Below, one piece after another: positions 29,501 to 37,137 of a stretch of DNA of 64,000 nucleotides. The notes beneath the pieces are model-generated. The model saw only the letters and a list, made by a program, of their open reading frames with translations. It did not search any database and was not told the DNA's origin. Source of the DNA: Thermoplasmatota archaeon (GTDB lineage Archaea; Thermoplasmatota; Penumbrarchaeia; Penumbrarchaeales; Penumbrarchaeaceae); assembly GCA_049472195.1 (NCBI GenBank), contig JBLIRG010000001.1, positions 20,522 to 84,521 of the forward strand. The letters are read 5' to 3'. The translations under genes were made by a program, and so were the position numbers. The stretch's first letter is position 1, and every line of letters begins with the position of its first letter.

Positions 29501-30641
29501 AATTCCCACCCGATGTTTCGGACCATACGTTCTTGTAGCTGAACATATCCACCTGATAAACCTGATAGCCCGATGTGGAATCATCGGTTCCTGCATTGTG
29601 GTAGAATATATTCCGGTAAATCGTGTTGAGCGCACCCCTCTGCCAGTTTATTGCATAGGAAGTGCAGTTTCCGAAATAGTTATTCTTGACGATCCACCTT
29701 GACGGCTGATTTGAGGTTTGAAATTCCGTATCGATGCCCACCGTGCAGTTCTCGAAGGTGTTGTTCTCCAGGTAGCCGTTATCGGAATTGGTCCACTGCA
29801 ATAGACATCCGGTGAAATATATCCCCCTGTTCGCTTCGAAGTAATTGCCGGTAATTGTCAAACGGTAAGTGGCCTGAATCTGCAGCGCGGTCTTTCCGGG
29901 GGACCGGAAAACATTGTCGGTTATCCTCCCGCCGGTATTCCCGTTGGCCAGAAAAACGGTGGAATCCGAGAAAGTACAGTTATGTAGGAATCCCGTTGCA
30001 TGAAATGATTCGTCCCTGAGAGAAACCCCGTTGAACGAGCAGCCCGTGAACTTCTGATTGATCCCCTGATTGTTCAGATATAACGTTGAACCGCCCGAGA
30101 CGGCCGATTTCGAGAAGGTACATTCGGTCACGGTCATCGATGATGTTGCCACGATTTCCATCACGTAATTGCCCGACGGGATATCGTTGACGTGGCATTT
30201 CTTGACGGTGATATACTGGCTGAGATAGGAGTAGAGAAAATGCAGTTTGCCGTCGGAGGTCACGTTCTCGATTATCACATTGTCGGCATTGTAGAGGTAC
30301 AGTCCCCATCTGTCGGTCCAGGATCCCGAATTGAAGGTGATGTTCCTGATGATGAGATGGGAAGTTGTGTTCTTTATCTGGATGTTCGCCGATGATACGT
30401 TGTAATCCGATATGATATACGGGTCCTGCTGGGTTCCCGTCCCGCTGCGGACGACGGAAGGGAAACCGGCGTTTCCGTTCACCACGATATCCGAGGACAT
30501 GTCGTCAACTGCCTCGGCGGGGAGTGTGACAAGGGGCATAAGCATTACGAGTATCATTGATGCCGCCAAAGATACAATTGGAATTCCCCGATCCTTCATG
30601 TAATTGTTCATTGCAACACTAGAAGGTTCATCCTGGCTCAC
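26535..30641 (-). CDS. Large surface protein: right-handed beta-helix (NosD/pectin-lyase-like) N-terminus, tandem Ig-like repeats, TM anchor, long acidic cytoplasmic tail
   Basis: SGTGTQQDPYII, Asn-rich beta-helix repeats, GGNFW, repeated DxTPP...GxHxIxVxAxDxAG modules, TM GFGWIVAVAAGMAIFLLGLLILAFMMI-RKR. Exact start uncertain (30641 GTG or 30599 ATG). Confidence 0.85.
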   Translation of the reverse strand: MSQDEPSSVAMNNYMKDRGIPIVSLAASMILVMLMPLVTLPAEAVDDMSSDIVVNGNAGFPSVVRSGTGTQQDPYIISDYNVSSANIQIKNTTSHLIIRNITFNSGSWTDRWGLYLYNADNVIIENVTSDGKLHFLYSYLSQYITVKKCHVNDIPSGNYVMEIVATSSMTVTECTFSKSAVSGGSTLYLNNQGINQKFTGCSFNGVSLRDESFHATGFLHNCTFSDSTVFLANGNTGGRITDNVFRSPGKTALQIQATYRLTITGNYFEANRGIYFTGCLLQWTNSDNGYLENNTFENCTVGIDTEFQTSNQPSRWIVKNNYFGNCTSYAINWQRGALNTIYRNIFYHNAGTDDSTSGYQVYQVDMFSYKNVWSETSGGNFWANHRTPDTDVNGIVDVEYTFPNSGTDYLPYTNPYFDTGRPSISLTVPRGGYSEKSYIRLKWDARDDLSGVGKVYLAVDKSEAEEITDLTERSVFLAEGDHLINLTVFDRAGLYVFNERMITLNTTVEVLSIETPVENEYYDDDPMRIMWSVRTGFPVTNQSLRIDDTIYYLNTVQRVYEESVDEGYHEITVSVTDDQNLSLEKTVGFYADRTPPVITVLSPQPGSVLSNPIVSFNFEATDNVKLSGMMIKIDDGEWEDALQYTTSSRFLKTGGHIFYAKAVDMAGLIAEISVRFTVGGPNGLNILSPYDGQYTSLSSIPFIWEYNGTFSYSEAIVRIGASSDFQPVNELPDGLVYLPYNGDFDIALRLVDEFENYIESIITVVKDDTTPSIVFLEPEQGKPSNERDLLIKWAGLDDWGVSSYSIMIDEEEPIDLGESTEYRVSLEEGTHTISVVATDRAGNMGENRIEITMDYTDPVIELLTPKNGSIFKDPRISFYWKAADDDEIEMLTLTVDDRDEVDLLETDRYTETFSRDSYHTAVLTAVDRAGNMVQATSIFLIDSTPPALLWGLGPGYVSPNNWVNISFMIIEEAGIRELNLSVDGRIFPVPISDDHINISLEDGRYDLALTCVDLAGHRETIESEYPLIVDTTPPNITISEETTVLNGKGVVYWLADGTGSDIQRIEIVVDGEDPVILDSGNTYSTGVLMPGSHAILIRAYDEAGNSGEALWTFEVEEEITDNGGGGGGGFGWIVAVAAGMAIFLLGLLILAFMMIRKRNADEGREQMIIEDAEAPQLSLAKMARNLPPTSGAAVSNLPPPKESDVEDRVDGTGYIRPVKIKEKGAPEVSRHRLRSDGRSIDHGKGDHETLELRGSGRKDIGTPWESERKRILEMEAEGVFVGQQISEDEDEMLKPPPPIPGQEDAEVDIPVWGDDSDEDYYEDGESDNEPADEGSVEPPVPEWEDVEFDEDQEDMEELEELEELEDLE

Positions 30642-30793
30642 TTTATATATATTTTCATACGATTGGTATTACACTCAAGACAAGTTACAAGCGAATATAA
30701 AATGAAAAACTCACAGATCCGCAAATGACTGCATGCAACAAGCGAGGAAACGAAAAAGGAATACGATTCCTTGGTCCATGCAACGCGGGGGAT

Positions 30794-31744
30794 CTAAGGT
30801 ATGCACCTCTCCCTTATCATCTCTATGAGCTTTTCCGGGTCCGATGTTTTCTTGACCTCCGAAAGGCTCAGGACAGGCGTTCCCTCGATGTTCTTGTCCC
30901 TTACCTTCCCCGACACTATCATGACGGATCTCTGTTCAGTTATCTTGCTGAGATCGGAAAGAGCCTCACCCATGTCCCTGAGCCGCGGATTCGTCATTTC
31001 GACCGAGGTCATGAACTGGGATCCGCTCGATCGTGTTATGGCATCGAATGGACATGACATTGTGGGGATCACCTCCATGCCGATAGCATCCAGATGATCG
31101 AATACCTGCTTCTTCAATCCGCCGATCTGATCCATCTTTTCCCTTATGTAGGAAAGCTCCTCCGAGTAAGAAAACGGATCAAGCGGGGATATGAGCACCT
31201 CCCTCAGGATCTCCTCCAGCTTCAGTGCGATCTCAACGGTAGCCCCCATGCCGGATTCGTACATCTGAATCGCCTTCCTGGATACGCCCACCTCATCTGC
31301 CAGGGCTCCCAGGGACAGGTTCATCGCCTCCCTCCTGCTTCTCAGCCTTGCACCGTCAAGGGAAACATAATGTCCGCCCGGCCCGTAGAATATAAGGGGA
31401 GGTATCATCTCGACTATATATTCCCAGAGGGTGTTCAGGGTCATCATGGGAATTCCGTAGCGCAGGTAGAGTACCCCGTCCTGAAAAGCATCGGCCCTCC
31501 TGGAAGGTATGACCAGTATCGGGGATGCCTTGAGGAGGGTGCTCATCATCTTCACGCTGTTGGCACCCTTCCGGTCGATATCGCCCTTTGAGAGCAGCGT
31601 TCTGATCAGGATCAGGGTCGAATCCCTGCGGGCCACTGTATCGTATGAATGATCGTCATGACCTCTGACCTCGCAGTACATGAACTCCCCCTTCTTGAGA
31701 ACGGACCTCATCTGTTCCTGGATATCGCGTCTTCGGTCTGACAG
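30794..31744 (-). CDS. Archaeal HTH (Cro/C1-type) transcriptional regulator family protein
   Basis: DGVLYLRYGIP, GPGGHYVSLDG, RREAMNLSLGALADEVGVSRKAIQMYESG, PFDA. ORF track starts at ATG 31711; an in-frame CTG at 31744 has a GGTGAT RBS. Confidence 0.85.
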   Translation of the reverse strand: MSDRRRDIQEQMRSVLKKGEFMYCEVRGHDDHSYDTVARRDSTLILIRTLLSKGDIDRKGANSVKMMSTLLKASPILVIPSRRADAFQDGVLYLRYGIPMMTLNTLWEYIVEMIPPLIFYGPGGHYVSLDGARLRSRREAMNLSLGALADEVGVSRKAIQMYESGMGATVEIALKLEEILREVLISPLDPFSYSEELSYIREKMDQIGGLKKQVFDHLDAIGMEVIPTMSCPFDAITRSSGSQFMTSVEMTNPRLRDMGEALSDLSKITEQRSVMIVSGKVRDKNIEGTPVLSLSEVKKTSDPEKLIEMIRERCIP

Positions 31745-31849
31745 TCTCTAATCACCCGCAATGATCTATCAACAAATATAGCGTACTACCGGTATAATCA
31801 TTTTGTCCATATGTGAATATATGGATGCTCCACGCTATTGAGTTGAACA

Positions 31850-31980
31850 GGAAAAGAGTGTTGCAGGGGATCTCGGAAGAGAGGATTGTTCAGCATATTG
31901 GAGTGATACACCTAAGAAATAGCTATCCCCCTGCAACGAAGTTCGTATAGCGAGTTGTATGGGGCGATGAACCATACAAC
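31850..31980 (-). ncRNA. Candidate structured small RNA or long leader (two stems)
   Basis: Stems GTTGTATGG/CCATACAAC (31954-31980) and GTTGCAGGGG/CCCCTGCAAC (31860-31937); minus-strand TTTATAA at 32004-32010; pyrimidine tract ACTCTTTTCC after the second stem. No known family recognised. Confidence 0.4.
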
Positions 31981-32202
31981 AAGGAAGTAAAAGTCTTCAA
32001 TGGTTATAAAGATTGTCGAATGAGTTTGAAAAAACGGTGGAGATTTTGTACTTAAAACAAGTTTTAATCGCAATATATTTTATGAAACCCCCCCCGAATC
32101 CATTTGTGATCCCATGGAAATCACCAATTAACATGCAAGGCCAACGATGGACAAATCTATATAAACAACCTCTTTGATCGCCCGAAAGACAGGAGGAATC
32201 CG

Positions 32203-33126
32203 ATGAAACGAGACCTCATATCAATGATTGACATCAAGGAGGACCTGAAGGACCTCATCGATCTTGCGATCACCATGAAGGGCGAGCGAAAAGAGGGTCT
32301 TGAAAGAACCCCCTTCAACGGGAAGGTGCTCGGCATGATCTTCGAGAAGCCCAGCCTCAGGACCAGGGTTTCCTTCGATGTCGGCTTCAGACAGATGGGA
32401 GGGACCGCGCTCTATCTTTCACCGAACGAGATCCAGATCGGGAAAAGAGAGTCGACATACGATGTCGGAAAGGTCATGTCCCGTTTCGTGGATATGATAA
32501 TGTACAGGGCTTTCAAGAGCAGGGACGTGAGGGAACTGGCTGTACATGCGGACGTGCCGGTCATCAACGGGCTTGATGACGTTGAGCACCCGTGCCAGGG
32601 TGTGGCCGACTACATGACAATGACCGAGTACAAAGGGGATCTGAACGGCAGGAAACTGGCATGGGTGGGGGATGGGAACAATGTACTGCATTCGCTCATG
32701 CTCGGGGGAGCCATTCTGGGAATGAACGTTCATGCCGCGTGTCCGGAGGGTTACATGCCGAACCAGGATATTCTCGAGGTGGCAAGGGAAATCGCCCGGG
32801 AAACCGGCAGCAGAATAGAGGTCACCACGGATCCCGGCCAGGCCGTTTCCGATGCGGATGTGGTGTACACGGACACATGGGTATCGATGGGTGACGAGGA
32901 CGAGAAAGCTGCCAGGCTGAGTAAGTTCAAACCCTACCAGGTGAACATGGAACTCTTCGGAAGGGCAAAACCCGATGCCATATTCATGCACTGCCTCCCG
33001 GCCCACAGAGGCCAGGAGGTTACCGACGAGGTGATGGATTCTTCCAGGTCGGCCGTATTCGATCAGGCGGAGAACAGAATGCACGCCCAGAAGGCCATCA
33101 TGATCAGGCTCGCCGGGCTCAGGTAA
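32203..33126 (+). CDS. argF: Ornithine carbamoyltransferase
   Basis: FEKPSLRTRVSF, HPCQ, GDGNNV, YTDTWVSMG, HCLPAHRG, DQAENRMHAQKA; AGGAGG RBS. Confidence 0.96.
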   Translation: MKRDLISMIDIKEDLKDLIDLAITMKGERKEGLERTPFNGKVLGMIFEKPSLRTRVSFDVGFRQMGGTALYLSPNEIQIGKRESTYDVGKVMSRFVDMIMYRAFKSRDVRELAVHADVPVINGLDDVEHPCQGVADYMTMTEYKGDLNGRKLAWVGDGNNVLHSLMLGGAILGMNVHAACPEGYMPNQDILEVAREIARETGSRIEVTTDPGQAVSDADVVYTDTWVSMGDEDEKAARLSKFKPYQVNMELFGRAKPDAIFMHCLPAHRGQEVTDEVMDSSRSAVFDQAENRMHAQKAIMIRLAGLR

Positions 33127-34921
33127 ACCGGGAAGGTATCTCCCAGGTATGATATGCGTTCGCCCGATCGAGCTCCACAAGGGCCATCTTGGCGGGCTGG
33201 GGTTTCAGGTTCATCATTTTCTGGAAGGGTGTCTGGGACTGCCACGTGCCTCCCTGGATAAGCTGGATTCCCTTGTACACGTCGTATCCGTACCTGTGGA
33301 CATGTCCGGAGACAAGTATGTCCGGGACATCCTTGATTATCAGATGATCCTTCTCCTCGGGAGCGAGCTGGTTCCTCATTCCGTACGAGGGGCTGAAATG
33401 CCGGAAGCGGACCATCTCCTTCATTCCCTCGATGGGGTCCTCGTACGTAACGTCCTTGAAAAGCTGTACCAGATCGTCGAGGGATTTCCCGTGATATCCC
33501 GCCACGTGAACACCGGAGAGTTTGAAAAACGATGGATTCGAAAGAAAATGGATGTGGGAATTGGTGAACATATCCTGATATTCCCTGGGCAGGGGGGGCT
33601 GGGGTTCGGCTATCCGCACCGCGTCATGGTTACCGGGTATCATAATGAGGGTCACGTGGTCGGGAATATGCGACATGGCCTCCGCCAGCATCTCGTACTG
33701 CTTATCGATATCGGGTGCGATCAGGTCCTTATCCTGATCGGGATATATTCCGATCCCGTCCACGAGATCCCCGGCCACCACCAGGTACTTGATCCGTCCG
33801 GCCATTTCATCCGAAAGAGATCCGCCGCCCTCGCCGTTGAGCCACCTGATCATTCTGTTCCATTCCTTCTCGAGGAACATCCTCGAACCGATGTGGATAT
33901 CGGACATGAAAGCCGCCAGGAGTCCGTCATCTTCGGAGATCCTTCTCCTGTGGGCCGACGGGAGGTCCGCCTTGAACAACTGGTCGGCGAATACTATTCC
34001 GGACCCGCCCTGATCGCCTGGTTTGTATTTTCCCACCACGCCCACGACCTCATCCTGCACCATCTGAATCCCGGTCAGCTCTCTGCGGTTCTTGTTGACA
34101 AGAAACCTGATATTCCCCGTGGGATCCTCGATATTGACCATTATATGGCCGTTTTTCGTATGCCTGATGTCCTCGATGATCCCGATGATTCTCACGGAGT
34201 CGGGGGTGGTGCCCAGTGCGCCGATATCTTCGGTGGGGGACAGGTCGCCGTACTGGGATCTGAGGATATCCCGAAGGTTCCTGAACCTGTCCAGGAACAT
34301 CCTGTTGAAATCCTCGATCTTCCCCCTTGTTCCCATCTCGCTCGCCGGGTCGAATATCACGCTCACATTCGAATCGACCTCCGCCGCAGGCGGTCTCCCC
34401 CTCCGGCCTGGCGATGCGGAATTGATCAACCTGGTCCTGCTCCTAGATCCGGGGGAGCCGTCCAGCAATCCCTTGACGGCCTTCTCCACCTCGGCAATCG
34501 GTTTGAAGATATCGGGGCCGCCAATTGCCCCATCCATCTTGATTCCGGACGGGATCGCCGCCGCCAGCCTCGAAGCGGGTGATGGAGCTCCACCGGTCCT
34601 CGCTGGCCTATCGTGATGCAGGCTGCCCTCGGCTCGGACGGGTCTGTTGATCGAGGAATCCGCAGGTGCTGATGGATTTGTGCGAGATCCCTGGTCATTC
34701 CCGGAGGACCTGTCCTTTGAGGAATTCATCCTTTCCTTTGCTGTCTTCAAATCCTCCAGGCCCATGATGTCGGATTGGGAGATGAACATGGGCATCTCCC
34801 GGCCGGATTCGAGGGCCTCTACCAGGGTGTCAACGATATCCGGCCTCTCCCTGATCACCTCGTATGCATCGGGAGAAAGGAGTTTGTTGAACTTGGCGAG
34901 CCTGCCGGCTGTTCCCTGCAT
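33119..34921 (-). CDS. polB: DNA polymerase D small (proofreading) subunit DP1
   Basis: OB-fold (TKNGH...EDPTG), SDIHIGS, AGDLVDGIGIYPDQ, PGNHDAVRIAEPQP, YHGKSLDD, RHFSPSYG, GHVH, WQSQTPFQ. Start uncertain (ATG 34921; frame open to 35011). Confidence 0.94.
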   Translation of the reverse strand: MQGTAGRLAKFNKLLSPDAYEVIRERPDIVDTLVEALESGREMPMFISQSDIMGLEDLKTAKERMNSSKDRSSGNDQGSRTNPSAPADSSINRPVRAEGSLHHDRPARTGGAPSPASRLAAAIPSGIKMDGAIGGPDIFKPIAEVEKAVKGLLDGSPGSRSRTRLINSASPGRRGRPPAAEVDSNVSVIFDPASEMGTRGKIEDFNRMFLDRFRNLRDILRSQYGDLSPTEDIGALGTTPDSVRIIGIIEDIRHTKNGHIMVNIEDPTGNIRFLVNKNRRELTGIQMVQDEVVGVVGKYKPGDQGGSGIVFADQLFKADLPSAHRRRISEDDGLLAAFMSDIHIGSRMFLEKEWNRMIRWLNGEGGGSLSDEMAGRIKYLVVAGDLVDGIGIYPDQDKDLIAPDIDKQYEMLAEAMSHIPDHVTLIMIPGNHDAVRIAEPQPPLPREYQDMFTNSHIHFLSNPSFFKLSGVHVAGYHGKSLDDLVQLFKDVTYEDPIEGMKEMVRFRHFSPSYGMRNQLAPEEKDHLIIKDVPDILVSGHVHRYGYDVYKGIQLIQGGTWQSQTPFQKMMNLKPQPAKMALVELDRANAYHTWEIPSRFT

Positions 34922-34997
34922 GTAGAAGGGGCATCTCGAGCGGGATGTATTATAATTTCCCGGGGTGGACCAAAAGTATTCATATTCATGTCCCCTT

Positions 34998-35156
34998 TGT
35001 CCAACGATCACCGGTCCGACCGCATACTTTCGGACGGTTTCAGATCGGACCGTCGGACGTGATGTAGGACATTTCTCCCCTCATGCCGGTACAAATTGAT
35101 AATTTGTCCGACATCTTTTTATAATTAGCGGACGTTTTATAAAATTTGTCAGACAA
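34998..35156. promoter_or_regulatory. Cluster of GTCNGAC palindromes, putative RHH operator array in a divergent promoter
   Basis: Exact GTCNGAC at 35014, 35052, 35106 and 35148; degenerate copies at 34999, 35029, 35044, 35064 and 35127; TATA-like runs at 35116-35124 and 35135-35144. Confidence 0.65.
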
Positions 35157-35168
35157 CGGGGAAGGACC

Positions 35169-35555
35169 ATGGAGAAGGTCGACAAGATAACCATTCGATT
35201 GTCGGGGGAGCAGGCATCAGCACTTGATTCCCTGGTATTGGAAGGTGGTTACAAGAACCGCTCCCATGCCCTCAGAGATTCACTCGACAAGATGGTCCAG
35301 GGTGAAGCAGAGGAACCCAATACGGTCAAGCTCCGTCTGGATGACTGGGTGATCTCCACCATCAACGGCCTGGTGTCCATCGGCATGTACGATTCGTTCG
35401 ATTCCGCCGTGAGGAGATTCCTCAGGGATCACCTGAGAGAGATCAATGTGGACCAGATGCAGGCCGAGCTCGATTGGATGAAGGATTGGGGGGACAGGAC
35501 TGCCAGCACCAAGTCCATCGTCGAATCGGCTTACCGGGATTACGTTAAAAAATGA
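35169..35555 (+). CDS. Tandem ribbon-helix-helix (CopG/CdrS-like) regulator
   Basis: Two RHH units: KITIRL...LDSLVLEGGYKNRSHALRDSL and TVKLRL...INGLVSIGMYDSFDSAVRRFLRD. Confidence 0.85.
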   Translation: MEKVDKITIRLSGEQASALDSLVLEGGYKNRSHALRDSLDKMVQGEAEEPNTVKLRLDDWVISTINGLVSIGMYDSFDSAVRRFLRDHLREINVDQMQAELDWMKDWGDRTASTKSIVESAYRDYVKK

Positions 35556-35602
35556 TAGGGAAAGAACTGATGGGATGCCTATCTCTTTGATGGATGCACT
35601 CT

Positions 35603-35649
35603 GTAGGGGCCTATTTTTTTGGGGGGTCGGCCCCTACTCTCCTTCTTTT
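35603..35649 (+). terminator. Hairpin terminator after the RHH gene
   Basis: 9-bp stem GTAGGGGCC/GGCCCCTAC followed by TCTCCTTCTTTT. Confidence 0.55.
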
Positions 35650-35732
35650 GTTTTGGACAACCGAAAATGACCTCGACCGTCAGGACCTGCGACCGCAACC
35701 TTGATGAACGACACCATTGTTGTTCATCACTG

Positions 35733-37055
35733 ATGGAACACGGCGATCCGAGGTACGGCATATTCGTATGGATAGATCAAGACAAGGATCGCATCGACGA
35801 AACCCTGGAACTCTGCGAGGCTGCGGGATACTCAATCATCGACGAGCTCAGTCAGGCGAGATCGGAGCCTGATCCCCGGTTCTATATCGGATCCGGGAAG
35901 ATAGACGAGATATCAGATCTGGAATCAGCTGAAAGCGCCGATTACCTGATCATACCCTCGGACCTGACGCCGGACCAGACCTTCCATATGAGAAGGGCGA
36001 CGGGGAAGATCGTGATCGATCGGATCAGGCTGATCCTGGAAATCTTTCGGATGAGGGCAAATACACCCGAATCCAGGCTGCAGGTGGAGCTTGCCGACCT
36101 GAGGCATCAGCTTCCGATCGTGAGGGAGTACGTCCACAAGGGAAAGCTGTCGGAACGGCCCGGTTTCATGGCCGGGGGAGAGTACAGGGTGGATTATTAT
36201 TACGACATGATCCGCAGGAGGATGTCCGCAATATCCACCGAGCTCCGGCAGATCAGAACCAGAAGGTCAAGGACCCGCAGGAGAAGGAGCAGGCACGGAG
36301 TGCATCAGATCTCCATCGCCGGGTACACCAACGCCGGGAAGTCCACTCTCCTGAACTCCCTTATCGAGGACGGAAATGCTGACAAGGAAACGGAGGTCGG
36401 AGCCAGGGTGTTCACCACCCTGTCGACATCGACCAGGAGAATGAATGGCGGGAGGAACTGCCTGATAACCGATACGGTGGGTTTCATCCGCGATCTTCCT
36501 CCGTGGCTCGTGGAAGGTTTCATGTCCACCCTGGAGGAGGTCTTCGAATCGGAGATAATACTCCTTGTGGTGGACCTATCCGATCGGGAGGGCGAGATCT
36601 CAAGAAAACTTGCCGATTCCCTCGAGATACTGGCCAACGGGGATGCCGCGGGCGGAATCATCATAGTCGGAAACAAGCTGGACCTGTGCGGGGGCAGGGA
36701 AGTAAACGAAATTGAGAAGGAGCTATACTCCATGATACGGGGATCCGCATCGGGCCTCATCCGGGGAATATCGCTTGTCTCCGCGGATACCGGGGAAGGT
36801 ATCGACGAACTGATCGGATCGATCCACGGTCTTCTGCCGGTGATGATGAAGATGGATTTCGAGCTGCCGCACAGCCCGGGGGGAGAGGCAGCACTTTCCG
36901 GGATGAGAAAGAGGTGGAGTACCGTGGATGTCGAATACCGAAGCGCCGGGATATCGGGATCCGTGGAGATCGAGGAGAGATGGATCGGAACCCTTCGAAA
37001 ATTGATCGAAACCGGAGGGGGACGATTGATCCGTGAGACCGATTCCTCGAAATGA
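35733..37055 (+). CDS. hflX: GTPase HflX
   Basis: FYIGSGKIDEI, DRIRLILEIF..RA..ESRLQVELA, GYTNAGKSTL, FTTLS, DTVGFI, NKLD, VSADTGEGID. Confidence 0.95.
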   Translation: MEHGDPRYGIFVWIDQDKDRIDETLELCEAAGYSIIDELSQARSEPDPRFYIGSGKIDEISDLESAESADYLIIPSDLTPDQTFHMRRATGKIVIDRIRLILEIFRMRANTPESRLQVELADLRHQLPIVREYVHKGKLSERPGFMAGGEYRVDYYYDMIRRRMSAISTELRQIRTRRSRTRRRRSRHGVHQISIAGYTNAGKSTLLNSLIEDGNADKETEVGARVFTTLSTSTRRMNGGRNCLITDTVGFIRDLPPWLVEGFMSTLEEVFESEIILLVVDLSDREGEISRKLADSLEILANGDAAGGIIIVGNKLDLCGGREVNEIEKELYSMIRGSASGLIRGISLVSADTGEGIDELIGSIHGLLPVMMKMDFELPHSPGGEAALSGMRKRWSTVDVEYRSAGISGSVEIEERWIGTLRKLIETGGGRLIRETDSSK

Positions 37056-37137
37056 TCATCAAGATAATCACATAGCGTTTATGTACAATTACCATATTTG
37101 ACTGTTTGACTGACCATTCGACATCGGGTGTGAAAAA

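Noticed and set aside
33149..34582. 477-aa ORF on the plus strand
   Set aside because: Fully antisense to the well-supported PolD DP1 gene and has no recognisable motifs; a shadow ORF from codon bias.
35575..35670. 31-aa ORF MPISLMDALCRG... after the RHH gene, considered as an ftsZ N-terminal remnant
   Set aside because: Too short, runs through the terminator hairpin, and has no tubulin/FtsZ signature.
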